DNA of 64,000 nucleotides from the IMG/VR virus record IMGVR_UViG_3300042317_001568, positions 141,011 to 205,010 of that record; one strand, written 5' to 3'. Below are positions 50,801-63,614 of the stretch, piece after piece (position 1 is the stretch's first letter; every line of letters starts with the position of its first letter). The notes beneath the pieces were generated by a model. The model was not told where the DNA came from. It did no database searches and worked only from the letters and a program-made list of their open reading frames with translations. A program made the position numbers and the translations under genes.

Positions 50801-53377
50801 TTAAAGGGAGCCGGTACGAACGCGATAACGACGGCTACTTCCGGAACTGATTACGCGCCTGCAACACCGAACGGTACGGCTATTCTCAAGGCTAACAACT
50901 CTGGCGGATTTTCCAGCGCCGCCGCCGGAACTGATTACGCTCCCGCAACACCGTCCGGTACGGCTATTCTCAAGGCTAACAACTCTGGCGGATTTTCCAA
51001 CGCCACCGCCGGAACTGACTACGTTGTTGGCGGCACGGCCACTTCCGGCAAGATTGTCACCCAAGCGGCGACGGCTACTAGCGGCACCTCGTCATTGTTA
51101 ATTACCGCGTCTACGGGCACGCCTACGGCCGGACTTGTCTCCGGCGACCTCTGGAACACCTCTGGCGTTCTTAAGTTCTACAACGGCAGTGCCACTAAGG
51201 ACATTGCGTTTACTGATAGCGCGATGTCGGGTAACACAAGCGGCACGGCTGCTGGTTTGTCGGCCACGCTTGTTGCCACGTCTGGTGGCACGGGGCAGTC
51301 AGCGTACAGCACGGGTGACTTTCTTTACGCTGGCAGCACGAACCCATCGTCTCTAACCAAACTCGCGAAAGCAAGTAGCGGCACAGTCGGCGCGTTAATT
51401 CAAGACGGCACCACTGGCGTGCCATCGTGGCAGACTGTTACAGGCACCGGTAACGTCGTCCGCGCCACGTCGCCGCAACTCACGACAAGTCTTACGACTG
51501 ATTCAGGCACGTTTGCGCTGCTCGACACAACGGCGACAACTATTAATGCGTTCCGCGCCGCAACTGCCATCACAATCGGCTCGGCGACGTCGGCTACAAC
51601 TACTATTCAAAGCACACAGGCGTCGTCAAATTCGACTACTGGGGCGCTGGTCGTATCCGGTGGTCTTGGTGTGGCTAGCGCCTCTTTCTTTGGCGGCAAT
51701 CTCACGGTCGCGAGCAACGGATCAATTGGCGGAGATTTAACCGTCACGGGCAACCTGACGATCAACGGTACAACGACTACTGTTAATACTAACACGTTAA
51801 GCGTTGAAGATAAAAATATTGAAATCGGCAACGCTGCTGTGCTTTCAAACGTCAGCGGCACGTGCGGTTCCGGCGTGCCTCAGATATCGGTCTCAAGCAC
51901 AAACGGCATGATGGCCGGACAGGCTTTAACATATGTGTCCGGTTCAGGGAATTTTGCTGCAGGCACGCGCATCGCGTCTGTAGACAACGCGACCCAAATT
52001 ACTTTAAACACTAATCCAACGGCCGCCGGGCCGATTGTGTTTAACGTAGGCGGGGCTACCAATTTTACGGCTATCGGTGGCGGCGTTACGATTAAGGGTA
52101 CTGTAGATAAAACGTTTCAAATCACAACCAGCAACGTACTCGACTCTAGTTTATTCAACTTTACCAGTAGCGAACATATTAATGTTGTGACTGGTAAAAC
52201 GTACAAAATCAACGACACATTAGTTCTTTCGGCCACAACGCTTGGTAGCGGCGTTACAGCCTCTAGTCTTACAAGCGTCGGCACGATTGGAACTGGCACG
52301 TGGCAGGGCACGGCTGTTGCGGTGGCCTATGGCGGCACCGGCGCCGCGAACGCTGCTGATGCCCGTACAAATCTTGGCCTCGTTATCGGAACGAACGTGC
52401 AGGCCTACGATGCTGAACTTGCGGCTATTGCCGGATTAACAAGTGCGGCTGACCGTCTGCCGTACTTCACGGGTTCAGGTACAGCGTCGCTTGCGACGTT
52501 CACGACGTTTGGGCGTAGCCTCGTCGACGACGCCGACGCGTCTGCTGCGCGGACAACCCTCGGACTCGTTATCGGAACGAACGTGCAGGCCTACGACGCT
52601 GAACTTGCGGCTATTGCCGGTTTAACAAGTGCGTCTGATAAACTGCCGTACTTTACCGGTGCTGGCACCGCTTCAGTGGCTGACTTCACAACGTTTGGTC
52701 GTAGTCTCGTTGACGATGCCGACGCGGCTGCTGCGCGGACAACCCTCGGACTCGTTATCGGAACGAACGTTCAGGCGTACAACGCCACCCTCGGGCACGT
52801 CGCGGCCGGCACGTACTCAGGCGATGATAGCATCACGACGGTTGGTACTCTTGCAAGCGGCGCGCTCGGCACGGGTTTTACGGCAGTCAACGTGGCGCAA
52901 GGCGGCACAGGTGCAACAACTCTTACCGGGCTTGTAAAAGGAAACGGCGCTTCTGCCTTCACAGCCGCCACTGCGGGTTCAGACTATGTTGTCGCCGGAA
53001 CAGCAACTGTTGGCGGTTTGCTTCTTTCTACGACAACCGGGATATCGGCCGCCGGTACGGTTCAAGCAGACGCGACTGCTCTTACAAACGATATTAACGT
53101 AGTAACTACGACGGCAAGTAATACGGGTGTTCGCCTGCCCGTGCCCGCTGCTGGTCGCGTTATCGCTGTAGTTAATCGCGGTGCAAACGCGCTCAAAGTT
53201 TATCCGGCCACTTCGACCGCTATTAATGCGCTCGCTAACAATGCGGCGTTTTCGGTGGCCGCTAACGCTACGTTAACGTTGCGCGGAAGCAGTGCAACTC
53301 AGTGGTATGCAGAACTAACCGCGGAAAGCCCGTGCGCCCTTGTCGCGGACTGCACCCTCGACGGCGGCACGTTCTAA
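47858..53377 (+). CDS. large tail-fibre/adhesin-like protein (1839 aa)
   Basis: IRIKR...ELAFN N-terminus; three DG+.L..DRVL-type repeats; Thr/Ala/Gly-rich; ends LDGGTF. Confidence 0.85.
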   Translation: MPNVIRIKRRLVGAALGTAVPTQLRNAELAFNEINNTLYIGRQGDTTGATENAAAVALAGDGVVWTGTATFGNVKTTGYFAAGDEAYAYTNTFPPSVDSAQGGKLLASTEYVDSALARGTGSGMSLFPVAADVATTVPIVAGSYYDNLQGLGSVRVAIPQPSSASAGLALYELKGTPTVQGVNLVANDRVLIMGHLDPTNIGIWTIPAGAGSSTPWVRETALNVAQSYTYGARVFVTAGDYANKTFAVASDPLNPTKDVGGPNFNTLSFIQHSSGATTVPAGASIKFKRVVRAKSDYYQIINGKVVVDGIVLNQNDRFIWTPKNENPGGHNIIGSTYTPGSVPGDGTGDESGGYDSSRAGIYRVNYDKTLTTNITTGLPDFYSVVSRAGDFNEDAEAVAAHNTKVLVREGQNNANKIFTITTNASSFILADEFPGEVALFTYDSNWSGAGGALSGTPMIDGVQTVFEDLTANPPRLGSVVLVKNEVDKTTNGLYYIKTNSTWIRHPAANETGELTYGSYIRVKYGAINKNSGFVQVSNFDPLIIGTNPIVFESPQALLDFRAGVGLGRDGRSFYVKTADASRINVTEVGVDLGLVPNVETTPATLTTAYIKVHADKYGRVTADSRETITASELRDSIYSGVTPDTTGTSYLVFSESPALTGVPTAPTATAGDNSTQIATTAYVLANGGSSILGTNNAFTGANTFTNATGQTFRTAETADAIIVKGGGNTNSRSITLITDTLSASRTVTFPDHTGDYTLVGAGTTQTLTNKTLTAPKMTGTYIADTNNNELIKFPAVVAGATNEITVTNASNGLAPEISATGSADANIDLKLTAKGTGAVNSTSNFTVSSGKSLNLSNTIVTAGTNAQGQGALTNDINIVTSAATAPSGVTLPTGTAGRVVVIVNRSSQANTVNVYPASGGTINALSANAFFAVAANSTAIFRASSATQWYSEIVDLVNGTTGTLAVGSGGTGATTFTNGAILKGAGTNAITTATSGTDYAPATPNGTAILKANNSGGFSSAAAGTDYAPATPSGTAILKANNSGGFSNATAGTDYVVGGTATSGKIVTQAATATSGTSSLLITASTGTPTAGLVSGDLWNTSGVLKFYNGSATKDIAFTDSAMSGNTSGTAAGLSATLVATSGGTGQSAYSTGDFLYAGSTNPSSLTKLAKASSGTVGALIQDGTTGVPSWQTVTGTGNVVRATSPQLTTSLTTDSGTFALLDTTATTINAFRAATAITIGSATSATTTIQSTQASSNSTTGALVVSGGLGVASASFFGGNLTVASNGSIGGDLTVTGNLTINGTTTTVNTNTLSVEDKNIEIGNAAVLSNVSGTCGSGVPQISVSSTNGMMAGQALTYVSGSGNFAAGTRIASVDNATQITLNTNPTAAGPIVFNVGGATNFTAIGGGVTIKGTVDKTFQITTSNVLDSSLFNFTSSEHINVVTGKTYKINDTLVLSATTLGSGVTASSLTSVGTIGTGTWQGTAVAVAYGGTGAANAADARTNLGLVIGTNVQAYDAELAAIAGLTSAADRLPYFTGSGTASLATFTTFGRSLVDDADASAARTTLGLVIGTNVQAYDAELAAIAGLTSASDKLPYFTGAGTASVADFTTFGRSLVDDADAAAARTTLGLVIGTNVQAYNATLGHVAAGTYSGDDSITTVGTLASGALGTGFTAVNVAQGGTGATTLTGLVKGNGASAFTAATAGSDYVVAGTATVGGLLLSTTTGISAAGTVQADATALTNDINVVTTTASNTGVRLPVPAAGRVIAVVNRGANALKVYPATSTAINALANNAAFSVAANATLTLRGSSATQWYAELTAESPCALVADCTLDGGTF
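50843..51022 (+). repeat. 84-nt (28-aa) tandem repeat, two units plus a partial third
   Basis: GGAACTGA units start at 50843, 50927 and 51011. Confidence 0.9.
52381..52782 (+). repeat. 186-nt (62-aa) tandem repeat, two units plus a partial third
   Basis: CGTTATCGGAACGAACG at 52381, 52567 and 52753. Confidence 0.9.
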
Positions 53378-53387
53378 GGAATTAACA

Positions 53388-53546
53388 ATGCAATTTAACG
53401 TGTCCGTACAGGGCAGGCCGTATAAGACCATTGAAGCTCCCAATACCGGGGTTGCTTTATCTATGGTGGCGGAAGACATCGCGGCCGGGTTAGTCCCCGA
53501 CCTCGACCCTGACGCCGATCAGAATATTGCCATTGTTCCGGCCTAA
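53388..53546 (+). CDS. small hypothetical protein (52 aa)
   Basis: AAGGA SD, ATG 53388. Confidence 0.55.
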   Translation: MQFNVSVQGRPYKTIEAPNTGVALSMVAEDIAAGLVPDLDPDADQNIAIVPA

Positions 53547-53552
53547 TCTGAC

Positions 53553-53581
53553 TTGTCAGGTTTTTAGCCCGGGTGTAGTAT
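53553..53581 (+). promoter_or_regulatory. sigma70-like promoter
   Basis: TTGTCA-N17-TAGTAT. Confidence 0.5.
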
Positions 53582-53613
53582 AGCGGCGTCTATTCCGCTA
53601 TACGGGCTTTATC

Positions 53614-54120
53614 ATGCCTAACACGATTCTTCTCAAAAAAAGCAGCACCGCAGCTGCCACGCCTACTGCCGGGCAACTTTCACCGGGCGAACTGGCTATC
53701 AATACAGCCGACGGCCGGTTGTTCGCCAAGAACTCTGCCAACGCTGTGGTGAATCTCCCGGTGTCGAGCATTAGCGGGCAGGCTATTACGCCGTCTTCTG
53801 TCGGGGCTACCGGTAATGTTTCAGGCAGCACTTTAACTTCCACCGTGGCAACAGGCACTGCGCCGCTCAGTGTGACATCGACGACTGCCGTTACGAACTT
53901 AAATGCTGATACCGTAGACGGCCAGCACGCGAGTGCATTTGCCACATCGGCCCATACGCACGGCAGCGTTACCAGCGACGGTAAAATCGGTTCGACCACC
54001 GGGCAGGTAATTACAACGGGCGCGGCCGGTGTGCTGCAAGCCTCTGCGACCATACCAGCCGCAAACCTGCCCGCTCCGCAGCGGCTCTCTTCTTATTGCT
54101 CTGGCCTTTTCTTTGGGTAA
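53614..54120 (+). CDS. short fibre-like protein
   Basis: ILLKKS...L..GELAINTADGRLF N-terminus paralogous to 47858. Confidence 0.75.
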   Translation: MPNTILLKKSSTAAATPTAGQLSPGELAINTADGRLFAKNSANAVVNLPVSSISGQAITPSSVGATGNVSGSTLTSTVATGTAPLSVTSTTAVTNLNADTVDGQHASAFATSAHTHGSVTSDGKIGSTTGQVITTGAAGVLQASATIPAANLPAPQRLSSYCSGLFFG

Positions 54121-54123
54121 ACA

Positions 54124-54495
54124 ATGGCTGCACCAAATCTACAGGCTCCGACAACAGTCACTGGCAAAACGACGTATTTGTCTTTGTCCGCAACAACTGA
54201 AACGACGCTGCTGTCAAACGCGGCGGCAAGTAACAAAGCGTTGCGTATCGCTAACTTAACAGTGGCGAATAAATCTACTACCACAAGCGCGTCAATTGCA
54301 GCAAAAATCTACACGGCTGCGAGCGCCGGTACGGGCTATTCTTTAGCCGCTACGGTGACTGTACCTGTAGGCGCTGTTGTTATCTTAATCGGCAAAGAAA
54401 ATCCGGTGTGGCTGGAAGAAGACAAGCGCATCACAGTTACAGCCGGCACAGCAAATATTCTTGACGTTGTTTGCTCGTATGAAGAGGTTGCATAA
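54124..54495 (+). CDS. virion-associated protein, MAAPN paralog 1
   Basis: paralog of 61089-61448 (KENPVWLEE vs KDNPLWLEE). Confidence 0.75.
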   Translation: MAAPNLQAPTTVTGKTTYLSLSATTETTLLSNAAASNKALRIANLTVANKSTTTSASIAAKIYTAASAGTGYSLAATVTVPVGAVVILIGKENPVWLEEDKRITVTAGTANILDVVCSYEEVA

Positions 54496-56474
54496 TGCCC
54501 CGCCCGTCTGGTGGTTATGCTGCTGGGTACGTGACGCCCGTACTGAGTTCTAATGCGGCTGTGGGAGTGTGGACGCCGCGCGATGTATACGCCAATCGAG
54601 CCGCCGGTACGTGGCCTGTTGAGGGCACGGCTACGCCAGCGTTCTCGACTGTTGGCTACACGCGACTGTGGGGTTTAACCACAAAATCTTCTGGGCTGGT
54701 CACGGGTACGGCCGCAACCGACACCGGTCGGTATAACGTGAAATGGTGGGACAACACTATTACAAACCATCTTTCCGGCGGCACATTTAGCAAAGCAGCC
54801 GCGGGTGGCTATCGCGCGTTTGAGATTTATCCGGTGCGGCAAACACTCACTTCCGCGTCTAGCAATGCGGTTTTAGCCTACAAAAACGGCTATAACGTCA
54901 CTATCGACACCGGGCAGAGTAAGTTCGGCGGCGCAAGCGCTTCTTTTGGCGGCAACGGCGACTATCTCAGGACATCTGTTGCGTTTAACTACTCATCAAA
55001 CTTCACGATAGAGTTTTGGTTTCGGCGATATGCCTCGGGCAGCGGTCAGGCCCCTACGTTTTACGAAGCCGGTGATATTCAAGGCGGTCAGGGCGGCTTG
55101 CATATTTATTATTTAAACGGTCAGATGCAGGTTAGCGACGGAATCGCCCCGGGCATCTCTGGCGGGTCAATTCCGGCGTTAAACACGTGGGTACATATTG
55201 CCCTAGTGCGGAACAACGGCACAAATACGTTGTACGTTGACGGCACCAGTGTTGGAACGAGCACGCAAGATTACGCGGCGCAGATAACAAATAACATCAT
55301 CTCAATCGGCGGCGCCCCAAACTACAGTTTTTATATCCACGGCTGGATCGACGATTTTCGGCAAACGCAAGCCGCTGTTTACACAGCCAATTTTACGCCG
55401 CCTACGGCAGCCCTCACCGCGATTACTAACACAGCGCTCCTGTACAACTTTAATACAGACTTTGACTCTATACCGTTCGGACAGTTTGACGGCTTTGACG
55501 TGTCGTCTAACAACATCACCAAGTTGCGAGGAGAAAGCCTCATAATCGACCGCGGACCGGGCTTCAATCAGTCGGTATACATGTATATCGGGTATCCGCA
55601 TTATGGTTATGGGTATGTGCCACAGTGGGTTCCCGGTCCAGCAGAATTTGCAAGTTTGAAAAACAATGATCTTGCAGCCGCTGATTTGGACCAGTTCTAC
55701 ACAGACCTCGGCGCCAGCAACGCCGGTGTTTTGAGCGTGCAGGGCAACCCCGGCATATCAGCCGACACGCCATCTATAGCCACAGCGAAAGGCTATACGG
55801 TGTTTGGCAGCGTGCCTCCGGCTACGACATTGCTTTTAAATTGCGAGGGGGCAAATAACGGAACCACGATTACAGACTCTAGCGTAACAGCGCAGACTAT
55901 TCGCCGCCTCCACACCGGCAGCACTGCTCCCGTTACCAGCACAACGCAGTTTAAGTATGGTTCGTCTTCGGTTCTTTTTAACGGCAACAACTGGCTGGAC
56001 AACTTAAACGGCAATTCGGCTAATGTCTTGGGTACCGATAATTTTACTGTAGAAATGTGGGTGTACTTAGCGTCTCGGGGAACGGTGACGCCAATCTTTG
56101 AGTTAGACCAATACACTGCTGGTATTTTGTGGCGCGTAGGCAGCAGCGTAGATAGTCTTTGGATCAAAAACAACCAATACAACTGGTCGCCGGCTACGCA
56201 CGTTCCTTTAACGACATGGACGCACGTGGCGCTTGTCAGAGAGAACGATAATGTGCGCGTATACGCAGGTGGGGTGCAGCGGCTGTCTGTCAACTTACCT
56301 GCAAACACGTTAGTTGGCACAGCGGGCAAAATAGTTATCGGCGCGTCTACGCATGATAATTACACTACCCGTATGACCGCCAACAGTTATCTTGACGACA
56401 TCCGGCTGACACGCGGACTTGCTCTTTACACGGGCACCTTCACGCCGCCGACGGCGCAACTTACGGCACTATAA
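54495..56474 (+). CDS. two-domain LamG/ConA-like virion protein
   Basis: two FTxExW...WxHxALVR...G++DDxR.T domains. Confidence 0.8.
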   Translation: MPRPSGGYAAGYVTPVLSSNAAVGVWTPRDVYANRAAGTWPVEGTATPAFSTVGYTRLWGLTTKSSGLVTGTAATDTGRYNVKWWDNTITNHLSGGTFSKAAAGGYRAFEIYPVRQTLTSASSNAVLAYKNGYNVTIDTGQSKFGGASASFGGNGDYLRTSVAFNYSSNFTIEFWFRRYASGSGQAPTFYEAGDIQGGQGGLHIYYLNGQMQVSDGIAPGISGGSIPALNTWVHIALVRNNGTNTLYVDGTSVGTSTQDYAAQITNNIISIGGAPNYSFYIHGWIDDFRQTQAAVYTANFTPPTAALTAITNTALLYNFNTDFDSIPFGQFDGFDVSSNNITKLRGESLIIDRGPGFNQSVYMYIGYPHYGYGYVPQWVPGPAEFASLKNNDLAAADLDQFYTDLGASNAGVLSVQGNPGISADTPSIATAKGYTVFGSVPPATTLLLNCEGANNGTTITDSSVTAQTIRRLHTGSTAPVTSTTQFKYGSSSVLFNGNNWLDNLNGNSANVLGTDNFTVEMWVYLASRGTVTPIFELDQYTAGILWRVGSSVDSLWIKNNQYNWSPATHVPLTTWTHVALVRENDNVRVYAGGVQRLSVNLPANTLVGTAGKIVIGASTHDNYTTRMTANSYLDDIRLTRGLALYTGTFTPPTAQLTAL

Positions 56475-57208
56475 TGATTTTCTATTACGGCACGCCAAAG
56501 TACTCTGTCGCGCTGAACGCTAAAGTCGGCTCAAGCAGTATGGCGCGGGCGATTATTGAGCAGTTTTATCCGCGGCAAGATTGGTTGATACGTACCGCGG
56601 CGTACCCAGAAGGCAAATCTCCTGAAACTGAACAGTGGCATTGGCTGTGCGGCGGCTCGCCCACGCCGCCAAAGCCTGTAGTGCTACTCGTGCGTGACCC
56701 GGTTGCTCGTTTTGTGTCCGCGTGCCAGCAAGTAAACATTAAACCCAGCAATGTCCAAAACGCTATAGACTCAATTATCGATGACGTCCAATGTCATCGC
56801 GTCAGGCCAGAAAATTTATCCGACGAGCAGTGGCGCAAACAGTTGGACTACGCGACACGCCAAAATACGCGGATGGGGCAGCAGATGATGGCTCAAGGAA
56901 AAAAGCCGCCTCGCCTTGGCTTCCTGCGCGACAACGTGCACTTTCTTCATCAGCACGAATACGCCGTAGGCCCGACGACTTGTTTTCGGTTTCCTCGGGA
57001 TATGAAGGCCGCTTGGGAGTTTCTTGAGATCGCGGCGCCAATACCGGAAGCAAACAAAGCCCGGCGAAAAAAAGCCGTGTTAACAGAAGAACAAGAAACT
57101 GCTGTGCGGCTGTACTACTCGGCAGACCAGCAATTATTTGATAGCATTACTGCGCCGGGTTATGTGTTTACTCCGGACACGACGCCGGCAACAACCGCTG
57201 ATCTTTGA
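56474..57208 (+). CDS. sulfotransferase family 2-like protein
   Basis: 5'-PSB-like AKVGSSS and 3'-PB-like LVRDPVARFVSA; C-terminal LYYSADQQLF. Confidence 0.65.
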   Translation: MIFYYGTPKYSVALNAKVGSSSMARAIIEQFYPRQDWLIRTAAYPEGKSPETEQWHWLCGGSPTPPKPVVLLVRDPVARFVSACQQVNIKPSNVQNAIDSIIDDVQCHRVRPENLSDEQWRKQLDYATRQNTRMGQQMMAQGKKPPRLGFLRDNVHFLHQHEYAVGPTTCFRFPRDMKAAWEFLEIAAPIPEANKARRKKAVLTEEQETAVRLYYSADQQLFDSITAPGYVFTPDTTPATTADL

Positions 57209-57238
57209 TTTACGCTATTTTTAAACAAAGGACTAACC

Positions 57239-57577
57239 ATGAGCGTTCTTGACCCAGAAACATCCCCGATTTTAGACCCGGCGACCCGCATTGCGAACCA
57301 ACTTAAACAAAACGCCCGCAATATATTTCGCAACATTACCGGTTCTTTTGCACAAAACGCCAAACTTTTTTGGCAGAACCCGCAAGCGACGCCGCAGGAA
57401 ATCGCCGCGGCACTAGGCACCGACGGCGTTGAACTTTTTCAGTTGCACGCCAAACTAGGCGAATTGCTGTACTCGATAAAACCCGAAGTCACTACTGCCA
57501 CTATGGCTATCGTGGGCGACTCTACGTACAACGAGGACGGCTCTGTGACTATTCCGACCACGCCGCCCGCTGAGTGA
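57239..57577 (+). CDS. hypothetical protein
   Basis: 112-aa ORF. Confidence 0.65.
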   Translation: MSVLDPETSPILDPATRIANQLKQNARNIFRNITGSFAQNAKLFWQNPQATPQEIAAALGTDGVELFQLHAKLGELLYSIKPEVTTATMAIVGDSTYNEDGSVTIPTTPPAE

Positions 57578-58218
57578 TGTCGGCTAAGCCCCGCGTCCTC
57601 GGCGCGTTGTTTACAAAAGGTCTGCAACCAGACTCGCCGCCCCACCACGACCGTATGACACCAGAGATGGGGCGCGCGTGGGCGGAATCAGTAAACGACC
57701 ACGGCTACGAAGCAATTCTGTTCACCGACGTTGACTGCAGTTTTTTACCGGTGACTGAAGTGCGAATTCCGTGCCGCGGTTTTCCGCACACGTATCGCTT
57801 TATCGCGATAGCCGATTATGTAAAAAAGCAAAACTTACGCGGCGAAATCTGGTGTACGGACGTGCGTGACGTAATCATGATCAACCGCCCGCGGCCACAA
57901 CCCGGGTTTTTGTATGTCGGGTCTGAGCCTGATGGCCCCCGCTCGTGGCGTTGGATGTCGAGTGTGCAGGCTGGTTGCCCTTTTTGGACGTACACAAATT
58001 ATCCGGGTATAAACTACAATTGCGGAATTGTAGGCGGCATTGATATTGGTGATTTTTTGCAGACGCTCGGTAAGTTAAATAAAATGTGCCGCGGCCTACA
58101 TGACATGCACTCTTTTATTTATGCCCTGCAGTCGCAAAAAAACATTGTAACCGGCCCTTTGGTGCACAGTGTTTTTACGGCTAATACTCCTACTGACGCT
58201 TGGTTTGCGCACAAGTAA
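57577..58218 (+). CDS. putative GT-A-like glycosyltransferase
   Basis: CTDVRDV (DxxD), NCGIVGG, and C-terminal FAHK. Confidence 0.5.
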   Translation: MSAKPRVLGALFTKGLQPDSPPHHDRMTPEMGRAWAESVNDHGYEAILFTDVDCSFLPVTEVRIPCRGFPHTYRFIAIADYVKKQNLRGEIWCTDVRDVIMINRPRPQPGFLYVGSEPDGPRSWRWMSSVQAGCPFWTYTNYPGINYNCGIVGGIDIGDFLQTLGKLNKMCRGLHDMHSFIYALQSQKNIVTGPLVHSVFTANTPTDAWFAHK

Positions 58219-58223
58219 TCCCG

Positions 58224-58252
58224 TTGCCATTTTTGCGCGACGGCATTACATT
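58224..58252 (+). promoter_or_regulatory. sigma70-like promoter
   Basis: TTGCCA-N17-TACATT. Confidence 0.45.
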
Positions 58253-58325
58253 ACGTTAAAGCGCGCTAGCGTAAACCCGTTTTTGCGCTACAACGTAAAC
58301 ATTGCTTATTCATCGGAGCATTACC

Positions 58326-58892
58326 ATGGCTGACCCGCAGATCATCGACGCCGTTTCAGAGCCGACCGATACCGCGCAAGTATCTCTTGATACGTCGGCG
58401 CTATCGAAAGCCATTCAGAACATTATCGCTAACAACACGCCAGTTGAGACGCGCACGGTTAACCCGGCTGAATACATTAACCGTGCTGGCAAGTCTATGG
58501 TGGAGCTCTATGACTCCTACACCAAGCTGCGCACGATCGGCACACACCTAAACGGCAAACTTGTATCAGACCCCATCCCCGATACGCTGCGGATTGAAAA
58601 CATCTCTATTCGTTTCCGCTCTGTTGAGAACGGGCAAGAATCCGAAGCGCAGACTGTAGAGCTAAAAAATCTGCAGTCAGTCGGAGACATATCGAATATT
58701 CTTTCTACGGAAATTGGCGCCGTCATCGTGCTGCTTCAGCAGGAAACAGCCGGCATCCTCGACATCGCCACCAAGACCAAAGAGCTTTGCGACAAGTCTC
58801 GGAAGGCGTGGGAAGAGTCGAACAAGGACAAGAAAATTCAAGAAATTGACGCGGACGGAAACGCCGTCACAGAAGAATCGACCCCCGAGTAA
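58326..58892 (+). CDS. hypothetical protein
   Basis: GGAG SD, ATG 58326. Confidence 0.7.
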   Translation: MADPQIIDAVSEPTDTAQVSLDTSALSKAIQNIIANNTPVETRTVNPAEYINRAGKSMVELYDSYTKLRTIGTHLNGKLVSDPIPDTLRIENISIRFRSVENGQESEAQTVELKNLQSVGDISNILSTEIGAVIVLLQQETAGILDIATKTKELCDKSRKAWEESNKDKKIQEIDADGNAVTEESTPE

Positions 58893-58950
58893 GTTAACAT
58901 TAACGTCGGCAATACCGCAAAGAAAAATACCCGCTGGCGAGGTATACTAA

Positions 58951-61086
<2,136 letters not shown>

Positions 61087-61088
61087 TT

Positions 61089-61448
61089 ATGGCTGCACCA
61101 AACATTGCTGCAACGACAAACATTATCGGCAAGCTTGACACTGCGGCAGTGACAACGTCTATGCAGGTTATGGTGTCTAATCCGGCATCTAGCGGCAAAG
61201 TCTACAAAATAAACACGCTCTTTGCTGTGAACGTTACGGGCGCTACCGCGACGGACATGCACATATCGTTATTCAGAGGCAGCAGCGAAGTTCCGATTAT
61301 TCGGTTTACAGCGGTGCCTGCCGATGCCACACTGGTTGTCATCAGCAAAGACAACCCGCTCTGGTTAGAAGAAGGCGACTCGATTAAGGCGCAAGCCGGT
61401 GCAAATGGTCGAACCGTAATTCTCTGCTCGTACGAGATTATTTCTTAA
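61089..61448 (+). CDS. virion-associated protein, MAAPN paralog 2
   Basis: paralog of 54124-54495. Confidence 0.75.
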   Translation: MAAPNIAATTNIIGKLDTAAVTTSMQVMVSNPASSGKVYKINTLFAVNVTGATATDMHISLFRGSSEVPIIRFTAVPADATLVVISKDNPLWLEEGDSIKAQAGANGRTVILCSYEIIS

Positions 61449-61458
61449 GGATTGCGTC

Positions 61459-63081
61459 ATGGGTAATCGATACTTCGGCGGTTGGTGGCCGGAAAATTTA
61501 CCTGTCTTTCCGTCATCGGGCGAGACGTCAATTCCCGGCGTGTGGCACATTGACGATGTGCATATGCTGCTTGGAGAAGGCATGACGTCGGAGATAGACC
61601 CGACCGTATACATTTACAAACGTAGCCGCGGCGGTAGCTACCCTTACATAAGCTGGCCGCGCGCCACATTCACAGTTGGCGACATTGATGACGTCACTCT
61701 CGGATGTAAATCATCTGTTGATTTTTTAGCCAGCGCAACAAAAGGCTCTTCGGCCAACTTTGGGCACGAGTTTAAATTTTATTGGGAAAAAAAAGCGCCG
61801 GGTAGCAGTACGTGGGAGCCGTACTCAAGCCCACTTGATCTGATCACAAACAAAATCAAGCTCGGTCAAGAAGTGTTTACGACCGACACTAATGTTTTTC
61901 GCGGGTACATGGCGAATTTTCGTTACAGCTCGACTGCCCGGTATATGACCGGTTCAAACGACACGACGATCACCGTAGTGGCGGACCCGGTGTTTGACGG
62001 CAATACGCTTGCCCTGCTGAAATTTAATACGAGTTCTACAACGCCGAGTGTTCCGTGGACGTCATTAGACCCGGCCCCAACACCATTTGTGCAAAGTTTT
62101 TCAACGGTCACAGACGGTGATTTACCGGGGCAGCAGTACGCGGCTTACACATACGCCGGTTTATACACGCTGTCACATAATACGGGCTTTACACGAAACG
62201 ACGGCGACTTTTGTGTTGAGTTGTATTTCAGGACTATAGACAACTTAAACTGGGCTTACTCGAACGATCAATACGCCACGCTCGTTGACATGCGTGCTGG
62301 AAATACCACAACCGGACCGATCAACGTCAACGCAATAGCTATAACATTATCAAAGCTAAACAAAGTGCAGGTCCGCCGCGGTGATGCGGTTATTATTGAA
62401 AGTGACACGTCGGTCGCAAGCAACACAATCAACCTTGAAAACTCGTGGTATCACGTAATTCTCAACAGCAAAGATGGCGTCTTGCGCTTATACCTGCGGC
62501 CAATTAGCGACCCAAATCGGGCCGCTACGCTTGTCGGCGAGCCGTACGCCGGCGAACATATTAAAAGACTTCGTTTAACTGACCTCACAAGCGCCGACGA
62601 CGATACGCAGTTTCGTGTGCGGGTTACATACGGCGCGCTACGAGAAGCGTACAGCGAGCCAGCAACGCTATCAGCGAATGCCCCCGACATTACGTGGAAC
62701 GATCCGGATGGCGGCCCGGCACCGTACTTTACTGTATCGGGAAATTATTTTCCGCATCTGCTTGGTGCAAACGCGCTTCCAAACCCCGGAAATTTTACAA
62801 TAAGCTCGGGTGTCGATCCCGGACCCGGGTTTGCCAATAATCAGTTAGATTTCAGGTGGGAATTCGCTACCGAGCGGCTTGACGGGACAGCCATCGAGTT
62901 CGACGACGCCGCAACGATACTGGCGTGGAACACGTTTGCCGGTGAAACAGACACAAGTTTTTCTTACAACCTTGTTTGGGCTGGCTCGGGTAACTACTTT
63001 GCTTTGCGCGCAGTAGCTATTTGCGGACAGGTCGCCACTGTGTATAGCCCCGTGGCATTTATCGAAAGAGCCGAAACCTGA
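61459..63081 (+). CDS. LamG/Ig-like virion protein
   Basis: DFCVELYF...WYHVIL LamG-like segments; Ig-like flanks FYWEKK and FRVRVT. Confidence 0.65.
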   Translation: MGNRYFGGWWPENLPVFPSSGETSIPGVWHIDDVHMLLGEGMTSEIDPTVYIYKRSRGGSYPYISWPRATFTVGDIDDVTLGCKSSVDFLASATKGSSANFGHEFKFYWEKKAPGSSTWEPYSSPLDLITNKIKLGQEVFTTDTNVFRGYMANFRYSSTARYMTGSNDTTITVVADPVFDGNTLALLKFNTSSTTPSVPWTSLDPAPTPFVQSFSTVTDGDLPGQQYAAYTYAGLYTLSHNTGFTRNDGDFCVELYFRTIDNLNWAYSNDQYATLVDMRAGNTTTGPINVNAIAITLSKLNKVQVRRGDAVIIESDTSVASNTINLENSWYHVILNSKDGVLRLYLRPISDPNRAATLVGEPYAGEHIKRLRLTDLTSADDDTQFRVRVTYGALREAYSEPATLSANAPDITWNDPDGGPAPYFTVSGNYFPHLLGANALPNPGNFTISSGVDPGPGFANNQLDFRWEFATERLDGTAIEFDDAATILAWNTFAGETDTSFSYNLVWAGSGNYFALRAVAICGQVATVYSPVAFIERAET

Positions 63082-63083
63082 TC

Positions 63084-63614
63084 ATGCGCGTACCCATCAA
63101 TCAGTTAACGCTACCCGAACAAGCAGCGGCGTACAATCCAGAATTTAAACGCGAGTGCATGCGTACCGGGAATCCCGTGTACGACAAAAATCGAAACATC
63201 GTCGCTTTAGACATTGACCGCATTCCGCTGCAGCGGGCATTTCACAAATGCATGATGCGGCACATGGGCTACACCGGCGCAAAGATACCCCCGATGTCAA
63301 TTGAAATGCCGCTGCCCAAAGAAATGCCGCCTCCACCTGTAGGCGCGTTAGACGCCGTCAAAAAAACAGGTGTCGGGACAGAGTTAAAAACTGTGTTAAA
63401 TCAATACGGCTTTGTGCTCTCTCCAATTTACGACATTCTCATGTACAAGTTAAATGACAAGTCGATAACCGACTGCGCACAAAATATTGAAGGCATGCTA
63501 GACGTACTGGAAGACGAAGCATATCGCAACAAGGTAACCTTCGACCGGGACAAGACTGAGATCATGATCCGGCTCGCAATTCGTAACGCACGGAAAAATT
63601 CAAATGGCAGCTAG
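63084..63614 (+). CDS. hypothetical protein
   Basis: 176-aa ORF. Confidence 0.65.
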   Translation: MRVPINQLTLPEQAAAYNPEFKRECMRTGNPVYDKNRNIVALDIDRIPLQRAFHKCMMRHMGYTGAKIPPMSIEMPLPKEMPPPPVGALDAVKKTGVGTELKTVLNQYGFVLSPIYDILMYKLNDKSITDCAQNIEGMLDVLEDEAYRNKVTFDRDKTEIMIRLAIRNARKNSNGS

